In this document: positions 8,059 to 17,061 of the stretch, piece after piece | How the letters are laid out: the number at the start of each line of letters is the position of its first letter | How positions within the stretch are numbered: position 1 is the first letter of the stretch | Source: Nanobdellota archaeon | GTDB taxonomy: Archaea; Nanobdellota; Nanobdellia; Parvarchaeales; Parvarchaeaceae | Assembly: GCA_021797085.1 (NCBI GenBank) | Contig: JAKAAG010000009.1 | Span: 1 to 32,000 of the forward strand | DNA: 32,000 nt | Reading direction: 5' to 3' | Notes under the pieces: model-generated | What the model saw: the letters and a program-made list of their open reading frames with translations, nothing else | The model's database searches: none | What the model was told of the DNA's origin: nothing | Position numbers and translations under genes: made by a program

Positions 8059-9126
8059 ATGCTTTATTGTTGTATGGAAAGACTAGAAGGGCAAGGGGCA
8101 ATAAGCATAGTAAAAAAAGGGAACTACATACTTCTTGACTTGAGAAAGGCAAAACATGGCCGCATTTGGGAGGTTCCAGGTGGTGGAATGAAAGAAGGAG
8201 AAACGCCTGAAGAAGCCGTTAGAAGGGAAACAAAAGAAGAAGTAAACATAGACATAAAGAATCCAATTTGGTTAGGCGCAAAAAACCAGGGGATACACTG
8301 GATAAATACAGAAATAGATCATTTCTTCCTGTCAAATTCATTTGCTGGAGAACCAAAGGCAGTTGATTTAGAAGATAAGGAAACTCTTGATGTAAAATGG
8401 GCAAAGATAAGCGACATAAAAGCAATGCTAAACGTAAGCTGGAGAGTAGTAGATGCCATGTACTTTCTTTCGCTTCGTTTTCCAGGCTTAAAAGCAGAAT
8501 ACTACAAAATAAGGAATGCATTTGATAACCGTGCAGTGTATTCATTTGAGCAGCTTTCTTATTGGTCTGGAAAACCATCCTCTTTTTTCAGGTATAAAAA
8601 CTATTTAGATAGAAGGCTGGCAGACAAAATTGAAGATATTTTAGATAAACTCAGGCCACCAGTGCTGCAGATAAATCCTGGCTTTGGAGAGATAACGAAA
8701 AAATTGATAGAAAGATTCGGCAATGTTGACATTGTTGAGCTTTCCCCAGAAGCAAGGTACCATCTCATTAAAAATTTCGGTAATAAACTGCATTTAATAA
8801 GAGGGATAGCTGAGAGTTTTCATTCAAACAAAAAATATAACAGCATAGTGGCATTGAACTCTTTCATATACCAGCCTTCTTACATTTTATTTGCGCAAAG
8901 TATTCTTTCTTCAATTAATCCAAATGGAAAACTGGTGTTTTCTCCGCTTAGTATAAAGCGCCACATATTACCTTCATCGTATGTGGCTTATCGTCATTCC
9001 ATAAAAGCCTTGGATTCTTACAAGCAGTTCTTTGCGGATTTCGGCCTTAAATTTGATGAACTATACAACTTTCCTCTAGACAGACTTAATAACATAAAAA
9101 CAGATGTTCTTTCATTTATTAAGTAA
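8059..9126 (+). CDS. Nudix hydrolase domain fused to a KsgA/Erm (rRNA adenine dimethylase)-like methyltransferase domain
   Basis: N-terminal Nudix box: GGGMKEGETPEEAVRRETKEEVNI. The C-terminal half parallels KsgA block by block: FRYKNYLDRRLADKIEDIL (cf. FGQNFL), VLQINPGFGEITKKL (cf. EIGPGLGALT), VDIVELSPEA (cf. IELD), ALNSFIYQPS (cf. GNLPYNIS). The start may be 8074 (MERLEGQG). Confidence 0.6.
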   Translation: MLYCCMERLEGQGAISIVKKGNYILLDLRKAKHGRIWEVPGGGMKEGETPEEAVRRETKEEVNIDIKNPIWLGAKNQGIHWINTEIDHFFLSNSFAGEPKAVDLEDKETLDVKWAKISDIKAMLNVSWRVVDAMYFLSLRFPGLKAEYYKIRNAFDNRAVYSFEQLSYWSGKPSSFFRYKNYLDRRLADKIEDILDKLRPPVLQINPGFGEITKKLIERFGNVDIVELSPEARYHLIKNFGNKLHLIRGIAESFHSNKKYNSIVALNSFIYQPSYILFAQSILSSINPNGKLVFSPLSIKRHILPSSYVAYRHSIKALDSYKQFFADFGLKFDELYNFPLDRLNNIKTDVLSFIK

Positions 9127-9153
9127 TATCGCTCTTACGATATTAACAAAAGA

Positions 9154-9161
9154 TTTATATA
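9154..9161 (+). promoter_or_regulatory. TATA-like box for leaderless FMN-reductase gene
   Basis: TTTATATA lies 22-29 nt upstream of ATG 9183, with no SD. Confidence 0.4.
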
Positions 9162-9182
9162 CATTTAGTGCATGATTAAAAA

Positions 9183-9737
9183 ATGGAAAAAATAACAATA
9201 GCAGCAATCGCAGGAAGTCTTAGAAGGGATTCATTCAATAAGGCAATAATAAATACTGCTAAGAAGTACGCGCCTGAAAACATAGAAATAGAAATACTTG
9301 ACTTGAAGGACATACCTTTGTTCAATCAAGATGAAGAAAAGGAAATGCCTGAAAGTGTAAAGATCTTTAAGGAAAAGATAAAGAAAGCAGACGCAGTGCT
9401 GATAGCCACACCAGAATATGACAGATCCATACCCGGAGTTCTAAAAAATGCAATAGACTGGGCGTCTAGGCCTTACGGTGACAATTCATTTGATGACAAA
9501 GCCGTTGCAACTATAGGAGCAAGCGGCGGTGCCATAATAGGAACGGCAGTAGCACAGTACCATCTAAGACAGATATTTTCATTTCTCAATGCGCACCCGC
9601 TTGAAAGGCCCCAGATTTTCATAGGAGGAGCAGGCGATAAAATTGAAAACGGCCTGTTTGTAGATGAAGACACTGTAACGTTGATAAAGGATCTTGTGCA
9701 AAAGCTTGCAGAATGGGCTATAAGGCTGAGAAAATAG
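9183..9737 (+). CDS. NAD(P)H-dependent FMN reductase family oxidoreductase
   Basis: ITIAAIAGSLRRDSFN...ADAVLIATPEYDRSIPGVLKNAIDWASRP is the FMN_red family signature. Confidence 0.85.
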   Translation: MEKITIAAIAGSLRRDSFNKAIINTAKKYAPENIEIEILDLKDIPLFNQDEEKEMPESVKIFKEKIKKADAVLIATPEYDRSIPGVLKNAIDWASRPYGDNSFDDKAVATIGASGGAIIGTAVAQYHLRQIFSFLNAHPLERPQIFIGGAGDKIENGLFVDEDTVTLIKDLVQKLAEWAIRLRK

Positions 9738-9766
9738 TATTTATTCACAGAACTTAAATTTATTTA

Positions 9767-10981
9767 ATGTCATATATAGGCAGTAGTTCTGCGATTATAA
9801 CTGAAAAGACATCACAAAAAGAAAACAGTAACTACACAGCCAGTGAAGAAGCAAAGAAATCAAACATCCGTTCATTCACGCAAAAGCCAATACTTGTATT
9901 TTGGGAGATTACTAAAGCATGCATGCTTGCTTGCAGGCATTGCAGGGCATCTGCAATACATTCTGCTCTTCCGGGAGAACTAACGACGGAGGAAGGTTTT
10001 GCATTAATTGATAAAATCACTGAATTTGGAATTCCTTACCCCGTTATAGTATTCACTGGAGGGGATCCATTGATGCGTAATGACTTATTTGAACTTATGA
10101 AGCATGCAAAAGAACTCGGCGTAAAATTTGCTTTATCACCAGCAGTAACAAACTTGCTAACATACAATACGATGGTAAAAATACGGGATTTGGGCGCAAC
10201 TTCCATATCAATTAGTCTCGATGGGGCTGTGAAAGAGACACATGATAATATAAGGTCAATTGATGGAACGTTCGATGCAACTGTAAAATCGATAAAAAAT
10301 GCCATAAATGCGGGATTGAACATACAGGTAAACACCACAGTTATGAAAAGCAACGTAAATGAACTCCCCAGAATATTCAACCTTATAGAAAGCTTGGGGG
10401 TAAAGACCTGGGAGGTTTTTTTCCTAATAAAAATTGGCCGTGGAGCAGAGCTTCAAGAGATAAGTCCTTCTGAATACGAAAGCGTATGTAACTTCCTTTA
10501 TGATGCATCAAAATATGGAGTAGTAATAAGAACAGTAGAAGCTCCATTTGAAAGAAGAGTGGTTAGCATGCGAGTAAAGCAGGGTAGTTATTGGAGAGGC
10601 CCTTTCTATGATCATTTACATTCGGAGCTTATTAATTTAGAAGGAGAACCAAAGTATGATTCGACCATCTCTCCAGTCGGAACATTGGATGGGGATGGCA
10701 TAATCTTTGTGGGAAATGACGGTACTATCTCCCCCGGAGGTTTTCTGCCGGTAAAACTTGGTAATGTAAGAGAAGATAACATTGTAGATATCTACAGAAA
10801 CAACGCTATAATGAAAAGCATACGTGCAAGAGAATTCTTCGGTTATTGTGGAAAATGCGAATTCAAATGGCAGTGCGGGGGAAGCAGAGCTAGAACATAT
10901 TATTCCGAACACAACATTCTTGCATCCGATCCTGCATGTTTTTATTCCAAGATAATAAAAGCAGAAGAATTACACATTTAA
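9767..10981 (+). CDS. radical SAM / SPASM-domain protein, AhbD/NirJ-like
   Basis: CMLACRHC is the CxxxCxxC motif. GGDPLMR is present. The C-terminal auxiliary-cluster region is CGKCEFKWQCGGSRARTY...DPAC. Confidence 0.7.
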   Translation: MSYIGSSSAIITEKTSQKENSNYTASEEAKKSNIRSFTQKPILVFWEITKACMLACRHCRASAIHSALPGELTTEEGFALIDKITEFGIPYPVIVFTGGDPLMRNDLFELMKHAKELGVKFALSPAVTNLLTYNTMVKIRDLGATSISISLDGAVKETHDNIRSIDGTFDATVKSIKNAINAGLNIQVNTTVMKSNVNELPRIFNLIESLGVKTWEVFFLIKIGRGAELQEISPSEYESVCNFLYDASKYGVVIRTVEAPFERRVVSMRVKQGSYWRGPFYDHLHSELINLEGEPKYDSTISPVGTLDGDGIIFVGNDGTISPGGFLPVKLGNVREDNIVDIYRNNAIMKSIRAREFFGYCGKCEFKWQCGGSRARTYYSEHNILASDPACFYSKIIKAEELHI

Positions 10982-10991
10982 TAAATATGTG

Positions 10992-11621
10992 CTACTTATA
11001 TAATGCGTTTTTTAAGCTGTAAACGTGTTGAACCGGCATAAACAGAAACAGCAAAGAATACATACCCTTTATTGCCCTTTTTTGATAATCTTGCCAGTAT
11101 ATATATTCCTTGGAAAAGCCATCTAGAAACTGCTTAAAACCTGTTTTATTTGAATAGTTATAGTATGCAGCCGATAGTATTAAAAGAGACACATCCCAAT
11201 ACTTGTACCTCTCCTTCTGAGTTTTTATTGCCTGTTCTGAATCTATTATATATGCTCCTTCGGAATTACATATGAAATTATCAAGCTTTGAATCCCCTAA
11301 GGAATACCCATCTTTGTGTATCTCTGAAAACAATTTTCCCAATTTTGACCCTTCACAGTAATCTACTTTTCCATCAATATATTCTCTGTTTAGCTCTTTA
11401 TTATGAAGATCAACAGAGTAAATCTTTGGCTTTTTTATATCGTTACTGGAATTTAGGAATTCCAACTCTCTCTCAAGCCTGCTTTTTGACAATGCTGCAA
11501 ATGGATAAAATAGCTGTAATAACGGGGACAAAAGCCACTTGTAGGAATTAAAGCTGTTGTACTTCTTCTTTATTATCTTGCGGTCCCTATCTTCTTGTAT
11601 CAAAACTTGACTTAAGACCAT
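10992..11621 (-). CDS. atypical protein-kinase-like fold protein (RIO/Bud32/Kdo-kinase-like)
   Basis: IIKKKY (Lys), ERELEFL (helix C Glu), REYIDG (hinge), HKDGYSLGDSKLDNFI (catalytic loop with D..N) and YIIDSEQA (DFG-equivalent). This was aligned by eye only. Confidence 0.4.
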   Translation of the reverse strand: MVLSQVLIQEDRDRKIIKKKYNSFNSYKWLLSPLLQLFYPFAALSKSRLERELEFLNSSNDIKKPKIYSVDLHNKELNREYIDGKVDYCEGSKLGKLFSEIHKDGYSLGDSKLDNFICNSEGAYIIDSEQAIKTQKERYKYWDVSLLILSAAYYNYSNKTGFKQFLDGFSKEYIYWQDYQKRAIKGMYSLLFLFMPVQHVYSLKNALYK

Positions 11622-11654
11622 TAAATTTAAAGATTATAAGGCGTATTTATAACT

Positions 11655-12167
11655 TTAATTCTCGCTTTCTCGTTCAAAAAGCACAAGGTAATGGAATTTT
11701 AATTCCTTCTCTTTTACTAGTTTGAAGCCTATGCTTTTCATATCGTTTATGACTCTATCTTTACTTAATCGTATGCTTACCGGAGGGCCGAACATAGTAT
11801 CTTCGGGCTTAAAATCAAGTATGGCTATGTATCTCTTTGCTATTTTATTTATATTTTTCAGTGCTTTATCATGGCATTCCTGCACAAGATCATGATAAAC
11901 ATTTGACATAAATACCAGATCAAAAGAACCAGCGGAATAATCACAGATATCCTCTTTTACAGTTTTTATCCCTACCTTTTTAAGCTCATCAAAATAGATG
12001 TCATTTAAATCCAAAACGGTAACATTGTCGGTTTTTTCCAGCATTTTCTTGCTAAAGAAGCCGTCTCTTCCTCCTATATCAATTATGCTGTACCCTTTTT
12101 TAATCTCAAGGAAATCGATTATACTCTTGTCAGTTAACCCGCTCATTTCTCTGATTTTATCCATCAT
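11655..12167 (-). CDS. class I SAM-dependent methyltransferase
   Basis: Motif I is IIDIGGRDGFFSKKM, with the acidic residue in VTVLDL. The post-motif FDLVFMSNVYHD is present. Confidence 0.75.
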   Translation of the reverse strand: MMDKIREMSGLTDKSIIDFLEIKKGYSIIDIGGRDGFFSKKMLEKTDNVTVLDLNDIYFDELKKVGIKTVKEDICDYSAGSFDLVFMSNVYHDLVQECHDKALKNINKIAKRYIAILDFKPEDTMFGPPVSIRLSKDRVINDMKSIGFKLVKEKELKFHYLVLFERESEN

Positions 12168-12242
12168 AAGATATTTTTTAAGTAATTGAGATATTTAAAT
12201 CGTTTGGTGCTAAAAAGATGAAATGCTAATCTGTAGATAATG

Positions 12243-12250
12243 TTTAAATA
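12243..12250 (+). promoter_or_regulatory. TATA-like box
   Basis: TTTAAATA lies 22-29 nt upstream of ATG 12272. Confidence 0.4.
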
Positions 12251-12271
12251 CACATAAAATTTTGATATAAA

Positions 12272-12580
12272 ATGGATGAAGCGCTTAACAAACCAGAAAG
12301 TGAAAGCGTAAGCGTGGATAACAATAATAAAAGTGCTTCAGTAAATAATGATCAAAATAAACCGGAAGGGAACGATTCTAAAAGCAACATGCTTCCTTCA
12401 GATGACAGCATACCCAATACCCCTGGAAATGAAATTAAGATAAACAAATACCTGATAATTGCAGTCGTTGTTATAATAATACTTCTTGTAATTGCGTATT
12501 TTCTTTACCATTATAACATCCTTGGAGTAAGGATACTTGTAAGGCATACACTTGGTTTAAGCACACCAAGTTCTACTTAA
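12272..12580 (+). CDS. single-pass membrane protein with disordered N/S/D-rich N-terminus
   Basis: The first ~58 aa are low-complexity. One strong TM helix follows (YLIIAVVVIIILLVIAYFLY). Confidence 0.5.
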   Translation: MDEALNKPESESVSVDNNNKSASVNNDQNKPEGNDSKSNMLPSDDSIPNTPGNEIKINKYLIIAVVVIIILLVIAYFLYHYNILGVRILVRHTLGLSTPSST

Positions 12581-12596
12581 TAAATAAAGAATAGAC

Positions 12597-12604
12597 TTTT
12601 ATAT
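12597..12604 (+). promoter_or_regulatory. TATA-like box
   Basis: TTTTATAT lies 21-28 nt upstream of ATG 12625. Confidence 0.4.
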
Positions 12605-12624
12605 CTGTTTCTTGTTATAATTAG

Positions 12625-14220
12625 ATGGATAATCCAAAAAATATACAGATAAGTTCAACACCGAATAAGGGTCAAATAGGACATAAAACTACCGGCATAA
12701 TAGTAATCATCGTATTGTTAGCCGTTTTGGTATTCGTCTTCGCATCCTATGAAGGGTATATTCCTTTCCTGAAGCTTTCAACTTCTGCCAATCCTTATTA
12801 CAGTGTTGCTAACGTGCAGCAATTAAGCTCGGCTGTTTCAAGGCTGCAGAACTCTAGTGGTCCATTCAATATCTCATATAGCTTGCTTCTAAGCTTAAGC
12901 GCCACTTCTGGAACTTCAGTCTTCTCCTTTAATCTGCCCATTAACGGTTACATCGCCCATTACAAGCCATATATAAAACAAACGGCGGATATTAACTTAG
13001 GTGCACTTGTAAAAGATATAGATAGCTTAAGTAAAAGTATAAACCTGTCTTCATTTCCAAAGTTCCTTGATACAGTAAACCTTACTTTATTATCAAATAT
13101 CTCTTACGGAACATTGTGTATTCCTTTCTCAATGTTAGCTTCCGCGGAGAACACCAGCCTAACCGTCATGGGGTATGCAATGAATGACTCCAAGGTAGGT
13201 AATAATTCACTGCTTTGTGTCTCCTTAAAAACAAATAATCTAGCAAATTCAACCGCTCTTTCAAGCATTTTAAGCACATCAATGGCATCAGCAAACATAT
13301 CAAACATAAGCCAATTCAGCGATTATTTACAAGTCAAATATATGAAAAGCGAGAGCTATAACGGAAATTCTTGCTCTTTGCTAGACATAAACACCACGCC
13401 TGCATTTGAAAGCAAATATAACTCTTCAATGCACTTCAATTTCTGCTTTTCAAATACCTATGGCATACCTTTGAATGGCAGTTTTGTCCTTAACCTGACA
13501 AGAGATTCATCGGCAATAATGAGTCTCTTTAATTCATATGGAAACGCGGGTTCAGTACCAAACTTCTCCAATATAGTGCTATCTGCTTCCTTTAAATCGG
13601 CATTTAACCGTGCTCCATCATCAGTTTCAATCTTGTCTTCTCTACCACCCGGTTCTTATACTTTGAATGAAAACAGTTTATTACAAACTATTGGGGAGCT
13701 AAACATTATGCCGGCAGCCCCTACAAATGTCACTAAAGCCCCTGCTGCAAACGCTGATTTGACTGCCTTAGTTTCAGACAGCTTTCCAGGACTGAATCAA
13801 ATATATCTGTCTCCTACCGCAGCTGCTGATGAGGGAATTAATCCAGGGGTATTTGAAAATTACTATCTTTTTGGGGCAGGAAATGCAGTATTGGCAATGG
13901 AGAATGGTTCTTCAACTAATGGAATAAATGGCACAACCATATTATTTGGTGTGTCGAACACCACTGAAAATCTTAGCTACTACTACCATATCTTTTTAGG
14001 CATACCCGGTATATCTATATCCAACATAACTTTGGATGCTATACCTGCGATAAAAATCGTAACAAATCTCTCATCCTATGAGGTAATAACGGTTTTAGGA
14101 GTAACAAATTCAAGTCTTTATGAAATGTCGGCAGTTTCTACTGGCGAAGTCTACATAAATGAAGTTAATTCTGGGATGGCCAATTTCATTAAAAATTTTA
14201 AACTGGACTATTTAAATTAG
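12625..14220 (+). CDS. N-terminally anchored extracellular Ser/Asn-rich protein, probable heavily N-glycosylated surface protein
   Basis: A single N-terminal TM (GIIVIIVLLAVLVFVFA) is followed by ~480 aa. By manual count this part has about two dozen N-x-S/T sequons, for example NSS, NIS, NLS, NLT, NTS, NST, NTT, NGT and NIT. Confidence 0.6.
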   Translation: MDNPKNIQISSTPNKGQIGHKTTGIIVIIVLLAVLVFVFASYEGYIPFLKLSTSANPYYSVANVQQLSSAVSRLQNSSGPFNISYSLLLSLSATSGTSVFSFNLPINGYIAHYKPYIKQTADINLGALVKDIDSLSKSINLSSFPKFLDTVNLTLLSNISYGTLCIPFSMLASAENTSLTVMGYAMNDSKVGNNSLLCVSLKTNNLANSTALSSILSTSMASANISNISQFSDYLQVKYMKSESYNGNSCSLLDINTTPAFESKYNSSMHFNFCFSNTYGIPLNGSFVLNLTRDSSAIMSLFNSYGNAGSVPNFSNIVLSASFKSAFNRAPSSVSILSSLPPGSYTLNENSLLQTIGELNIMPAAPTNVTKAPAANADLTALVSDSFPGLNQIYLSPTAAADEGINPGVFENYYLFGAGNAVLAMENGSSTNGINGTTILFGVSNTTENLSYYYHIFLGIPGISISNITLDAIPAIKIVTNLSSYEVITVLGVTNSSLYEMSAVSTGEVYINEVNSGMANFIKNFKLDYLN

Positions 14221-14224
14221 AAGA

Positions 14225-14734
14225 TTAAAAACCATTTGTTTCCTTTATTTCCATTTCCGCTATGCTGTTATCATCATTAAACAAAAAATATGCGGTTACC
14301 TTTTTCCCTAAAAGAATATCAGGCAGCCAATATCTATCATCAGACCACATTTTTTCAAGCGGTAATCCTTTAACATCCATCCATTGGGGAGCCATCTCCT
14401 CGCTTTCAACAGGTTCTCCTTCCCATTTATAAGCAATAAATACGTGTGCTCTCTGATTAAAATCCCTGTCTGTGGGGTTATTCTTGAAATAAAAATTTAT
14501 TACTGCAACCTTTTCAAATTCCTTAAGGTTTACATTGATTTCTTCCTTAGTTTCCCTAAGAAGTGCATCATTTATGCTTTCTCCCTTTTCAACTTTACCG
14601 CCTACGCCGTTAAGCTTTCCGGCACCGAATCCCCTTTTCTTCATTGCTATAAGCACTTTGTTTGTTTTTTTATCAAAAAGGTAGCATAAGGTTACATCCC
14701 TTAAGTTTCTGTAATTTTCAATGTAGTATTTCAA
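14225..14734 (-). CDS. Nudix hydrolase, MutT/MTH1 (NUDT1)-like oxidised-nucleotide pyrophosphatase
   Basis: Nudix box GGKVEKGESINDALLRETKEEINV. The tail WSDDRYWLPDILLGKKVTAYFLF resembles MTH1-type proteins. Confidence 0.75.
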   Translation of the reverse strand: MKYYIENYRNLRDVTLCYLFDKKTNKVLIAMKKRGFGAGKLNGVGGKVEKGESINDALLRETKEEINVNLKEFEKVAVINFYFKNNPTDRDFNQRAHVFIAYKWEGEPVESEEMAPQWMDVKGLPLEKMWSDDRYWLPDILLGKKVTAYFLFNDDNSIAEMEIKETNGF

Positions 14735-14764
14735 ATCTTTATCATTTGATTCTACCGTATAGGG

Positions 14765-15553
14765 TCAGACTGCACTCCATCCTCCGTCAACCGCAAGAAT
14801 ATGACCTGTAACATAAGAAGAAGCATTAGAGGCAAGAAATACTGCTGCACCCTTAAGTTCATTAGGGTCTCCTACTCTCTCCATTGGAGTCCTCTGTGTA
14901 ATATGATCAAGTACCGCTTTGTCCTTTAATAAATCATTTGTCATTTCGCTTGGGAAAAACCCCGGAGCAATTGCATTTATCCTTATATTCTGGCCCGCAA
15001 ATTCAACCGCCATTGCCCTTGTAAGATTTACCACTGCACCCTTGCTGGCATAATAAGGTGCGGCAGGTATTATGTCTCCAAATAACCCATAAATCGATGC
15101 TATGTTTATTATGCTCCCCTTCACATTGTGAGCAATCATGCTTGCTATCACCTTCTGTGAAAAGACAAATACTGCGGAAATATCAACGTCAAGAACTTTC
15201 TGCCAATCTTCCTTTTTTAAGTTTAAAGAGGGCCCTGCCACGGCAGAGCCAGCGTTATTTATTAGTATGTCTATTTTCTGAAGTTTTTCCTCTGCAACCT
15301 TAACAACATTAATTATGTCCTCTTCTTTTGTGAGATCTGCCTTTACTGGTATTATCTTTCTATTTGTGTACTTACTTATTCTGTCCGCATTTTCTTTCAA
15401 TTTTTCGTCCCTTCTAGCGCATATTACAACATCTGCGCCGGCTTCTGCCAAAGCTTCCGTGAAGCTTATTCCCAAACCGCTTGAAGCTCCTGTTACTATC
15501 GCTGATTTTCCAGTCAAGTCAAACATTTTAATTAATTCTGAGTTTTCATCCAT
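14765..15553 (-). CDS. short-chain dehydrogenase/reductase (gluconate-5-dehydrogenase/FabG-like)
   Basis: TGASSGLG (cofactor motif), NNAG, YYASKGAV (YxxxK), NAIAPGFF. I prefer the start at MDENSEL (15553) because a minus-strand TTTAATAT box begins 27 nt upstream of it. The track start is 15568. Confidence 0.85.
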   Translation of the reverse strand: MDENSELIKMFDLTGKSAIVTGASSGLGISFTEALAEAGADVVICARRDEKLKENADRISKYTNRKIIPVKADLTKEEDIINVVKVAEEKLQKIDILINNAGSAVAGPSLNLKKEDWQKVLDVDISAVFVFSQKVIASMIAHNVKGSIINIASIYGLFGDIIPAAPYYASKGAVVNLTRAMAVEFAGQNIRINAIAPGFFPSEMTNDLLKDKAVLDHITQRTPMERVGDPNELKGAAVFLASNASSYVTGHILAVDGGWSAV

Positions 15554-15638
15554 TTTATTGATATACAATTTTATATTAAATAGTTAATTATTAAAAAAAC
15601 TATATCCATGACTTATTTTACTTTTGCAGTGAGATATT

Positions 15639-15646
15639 TTTATATA
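15639..15646 (+). promoter_or_regulatory. TATA-like box
   Basis: TTTATATA lies 20-27 nt upstream of ATG 15666. Confidence 0.4.
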
Positions 15647-15665
15647 AAGAACTTTATCAATTTAT

Positions 15666-17015
15666 ATGAAAGGAAATACTGCCAGCACTGCACGTATACT
15701 TCTATCAATAATAGGATTTATTTCATTAATAATTGGATTAGCTCTTCTGTTCATTGGACTGCTTCTTTTTTTGGGCGTAAATATATTAAGTACATTCCTG
15801 CCCAAATCAGTAATCTCTACATTCTTACCTTCAGATATAGGGTTTATATCCGGAGCAGGAATAGTGTTGGGAATTTCAATCATCATACTAAGCAGGCTTT
15901 TTCATACAAGCAGTAAATGGCTAAAGGAAAGAAGGGTAAAAGGAGGGATACTTGCAATCCTTTTGTCTGTTTCTTCATTGGTAGGAATAACCATTGCAGG
16001 AATTTCGTTTAACCTTACTTTATCAGGGTATATTTTTTATATACTGATATTAGTTTATGCTGCAATAATAATATCAATTCTAACCAACTGGAAAGATATG
16101 AATGGGGGGCTTGAAGACGTTCTTCCAGGAGTAGGCCTCTTTTTTGCAGCCGTTTTTCTTATATTTGTGTTTTTTATAGTATTGTATGCTTTTTTCCCGC
16201 TCCAATCTAGCTCTTTATCAAACCTTGGCAGCCAGTCACTGTTTTCTATCTTTACAGGCTCCTTAGGAAGGAGCACTTTTCATTCCGCAGCTGTAAATTA
16301 TAGCTATCCAAATTCCCTTGTGAATATAAACCTGAATGGTATTTTTGCATCCGCAGGCCCATTGCTTTCATTAAGCAATTCCTCCAATGCAAGCACGTAT
16401 AATCTTACGAGTATACTCAAAAATACCAGTATAAACGTTTTATTGCCTACTTCATTTATAGTTTCTGCCATCGGCAACTCTCCTGAATTTGCATCGAATT
16501 TGAAGGCATTAAACATAACACAATACACTAAACAAAACAATTCGAAAAACGCCAGAGCTTACTTAGAGGGGTATTTTCCAGAGTTAAGCCAGTTTTACTT
16601 CATAATAACCGGGGAGCAAAAAATAAACTCCTCCGACAACATAAGCATACTAAGTCTTTCCCCTTCTAAATTTGAATCCTACCTTAAAAGGCTCAACATA
16701 ACTGTAGTGAATTCGAGCTTTCCGATAAACGCTACAAAATACATATACTCTAGTGAAAGCGGCAAAAACTTGGGGAAGTACCTGCCTTCACAGATGTTCT
16801 TTGTAAATATGTCAAATAATGTAGGAATACAATTAATATATGGAAGCAGCAAGATATTCAATATTACAAGGATACCCTTTTATTCGGCATCTATTGAATT
16901 GTATGTTAAGAACTCAACTATCTGTTTTGAATTCGGTGCCGATTTTTCATCTAGCGATGAAAAAATATTTGATTCTTCCTATTCTTTGATAGGAGATACT
17001 TTGAAATGCAGTTGA
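15666..17015 (+). CDS. polytopic membrane protein with sequon-rich extracellular C-terminal domain
   Basis: About 5-6 TM helices occupy the first ~190 aa. The following ~250 aa carry about 15 N-x-S/T sequons by manual count (NYS, NSS, NAS, NLT, NTS, NIT, NAT, NMS, NST). Confidence 0.55.
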   Translation: MKGNTASTARILLSIIGFISLIIGLALLFIGLLLFLGVNILSTFLPKSVISTFLPSDIGFISGAGIVLGISIIILSRLFHTSSKWLKERRVKGGILAILLSVSSLVGITIAGISFNLTLSGYIFYILILVYAAIIISILTNWKDMNGGLEDVLPGVGLFFAAVFLIFVFFIVLYAFFPLQSSSLSNLGSQSLFSIFTGSLGRSTFHSAAVNYSYPNSLVNINLNGIFASAGPLLSLSNSSNASTYNLTSILKNTSINVLLPTSFIVSAIGNSPEFASNLKALNITQYTKQNNSKNARAYLEGYFPELSQFYFIITGEQKINSSDNISILSLSPSKFESYLKRLNITVVNSSFPINATKYIYSSESGKNLGKYLPSQMFFVNMSNNVGIQLIYGSSKIFNITRIPFYSASIELYVKNSTICFEFGADFSSSDEKIFDSSYSLIGDTLKCS

Positions 17016-17061
17016 TTTTAGTTAAACAATAATTAATATACCTAATGAGGCATAATAATAC

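Noticed and set aside
15608-15916. 102-aa plus-strand ORF and the 15662..15886 minus ORF, both overlapping the start of the 15666 membrane-protein gene
   Set aside because: They are alternative-frame artefacts. The 15666 frame gives coherent TM helices and has a correctly spaced TATA box.
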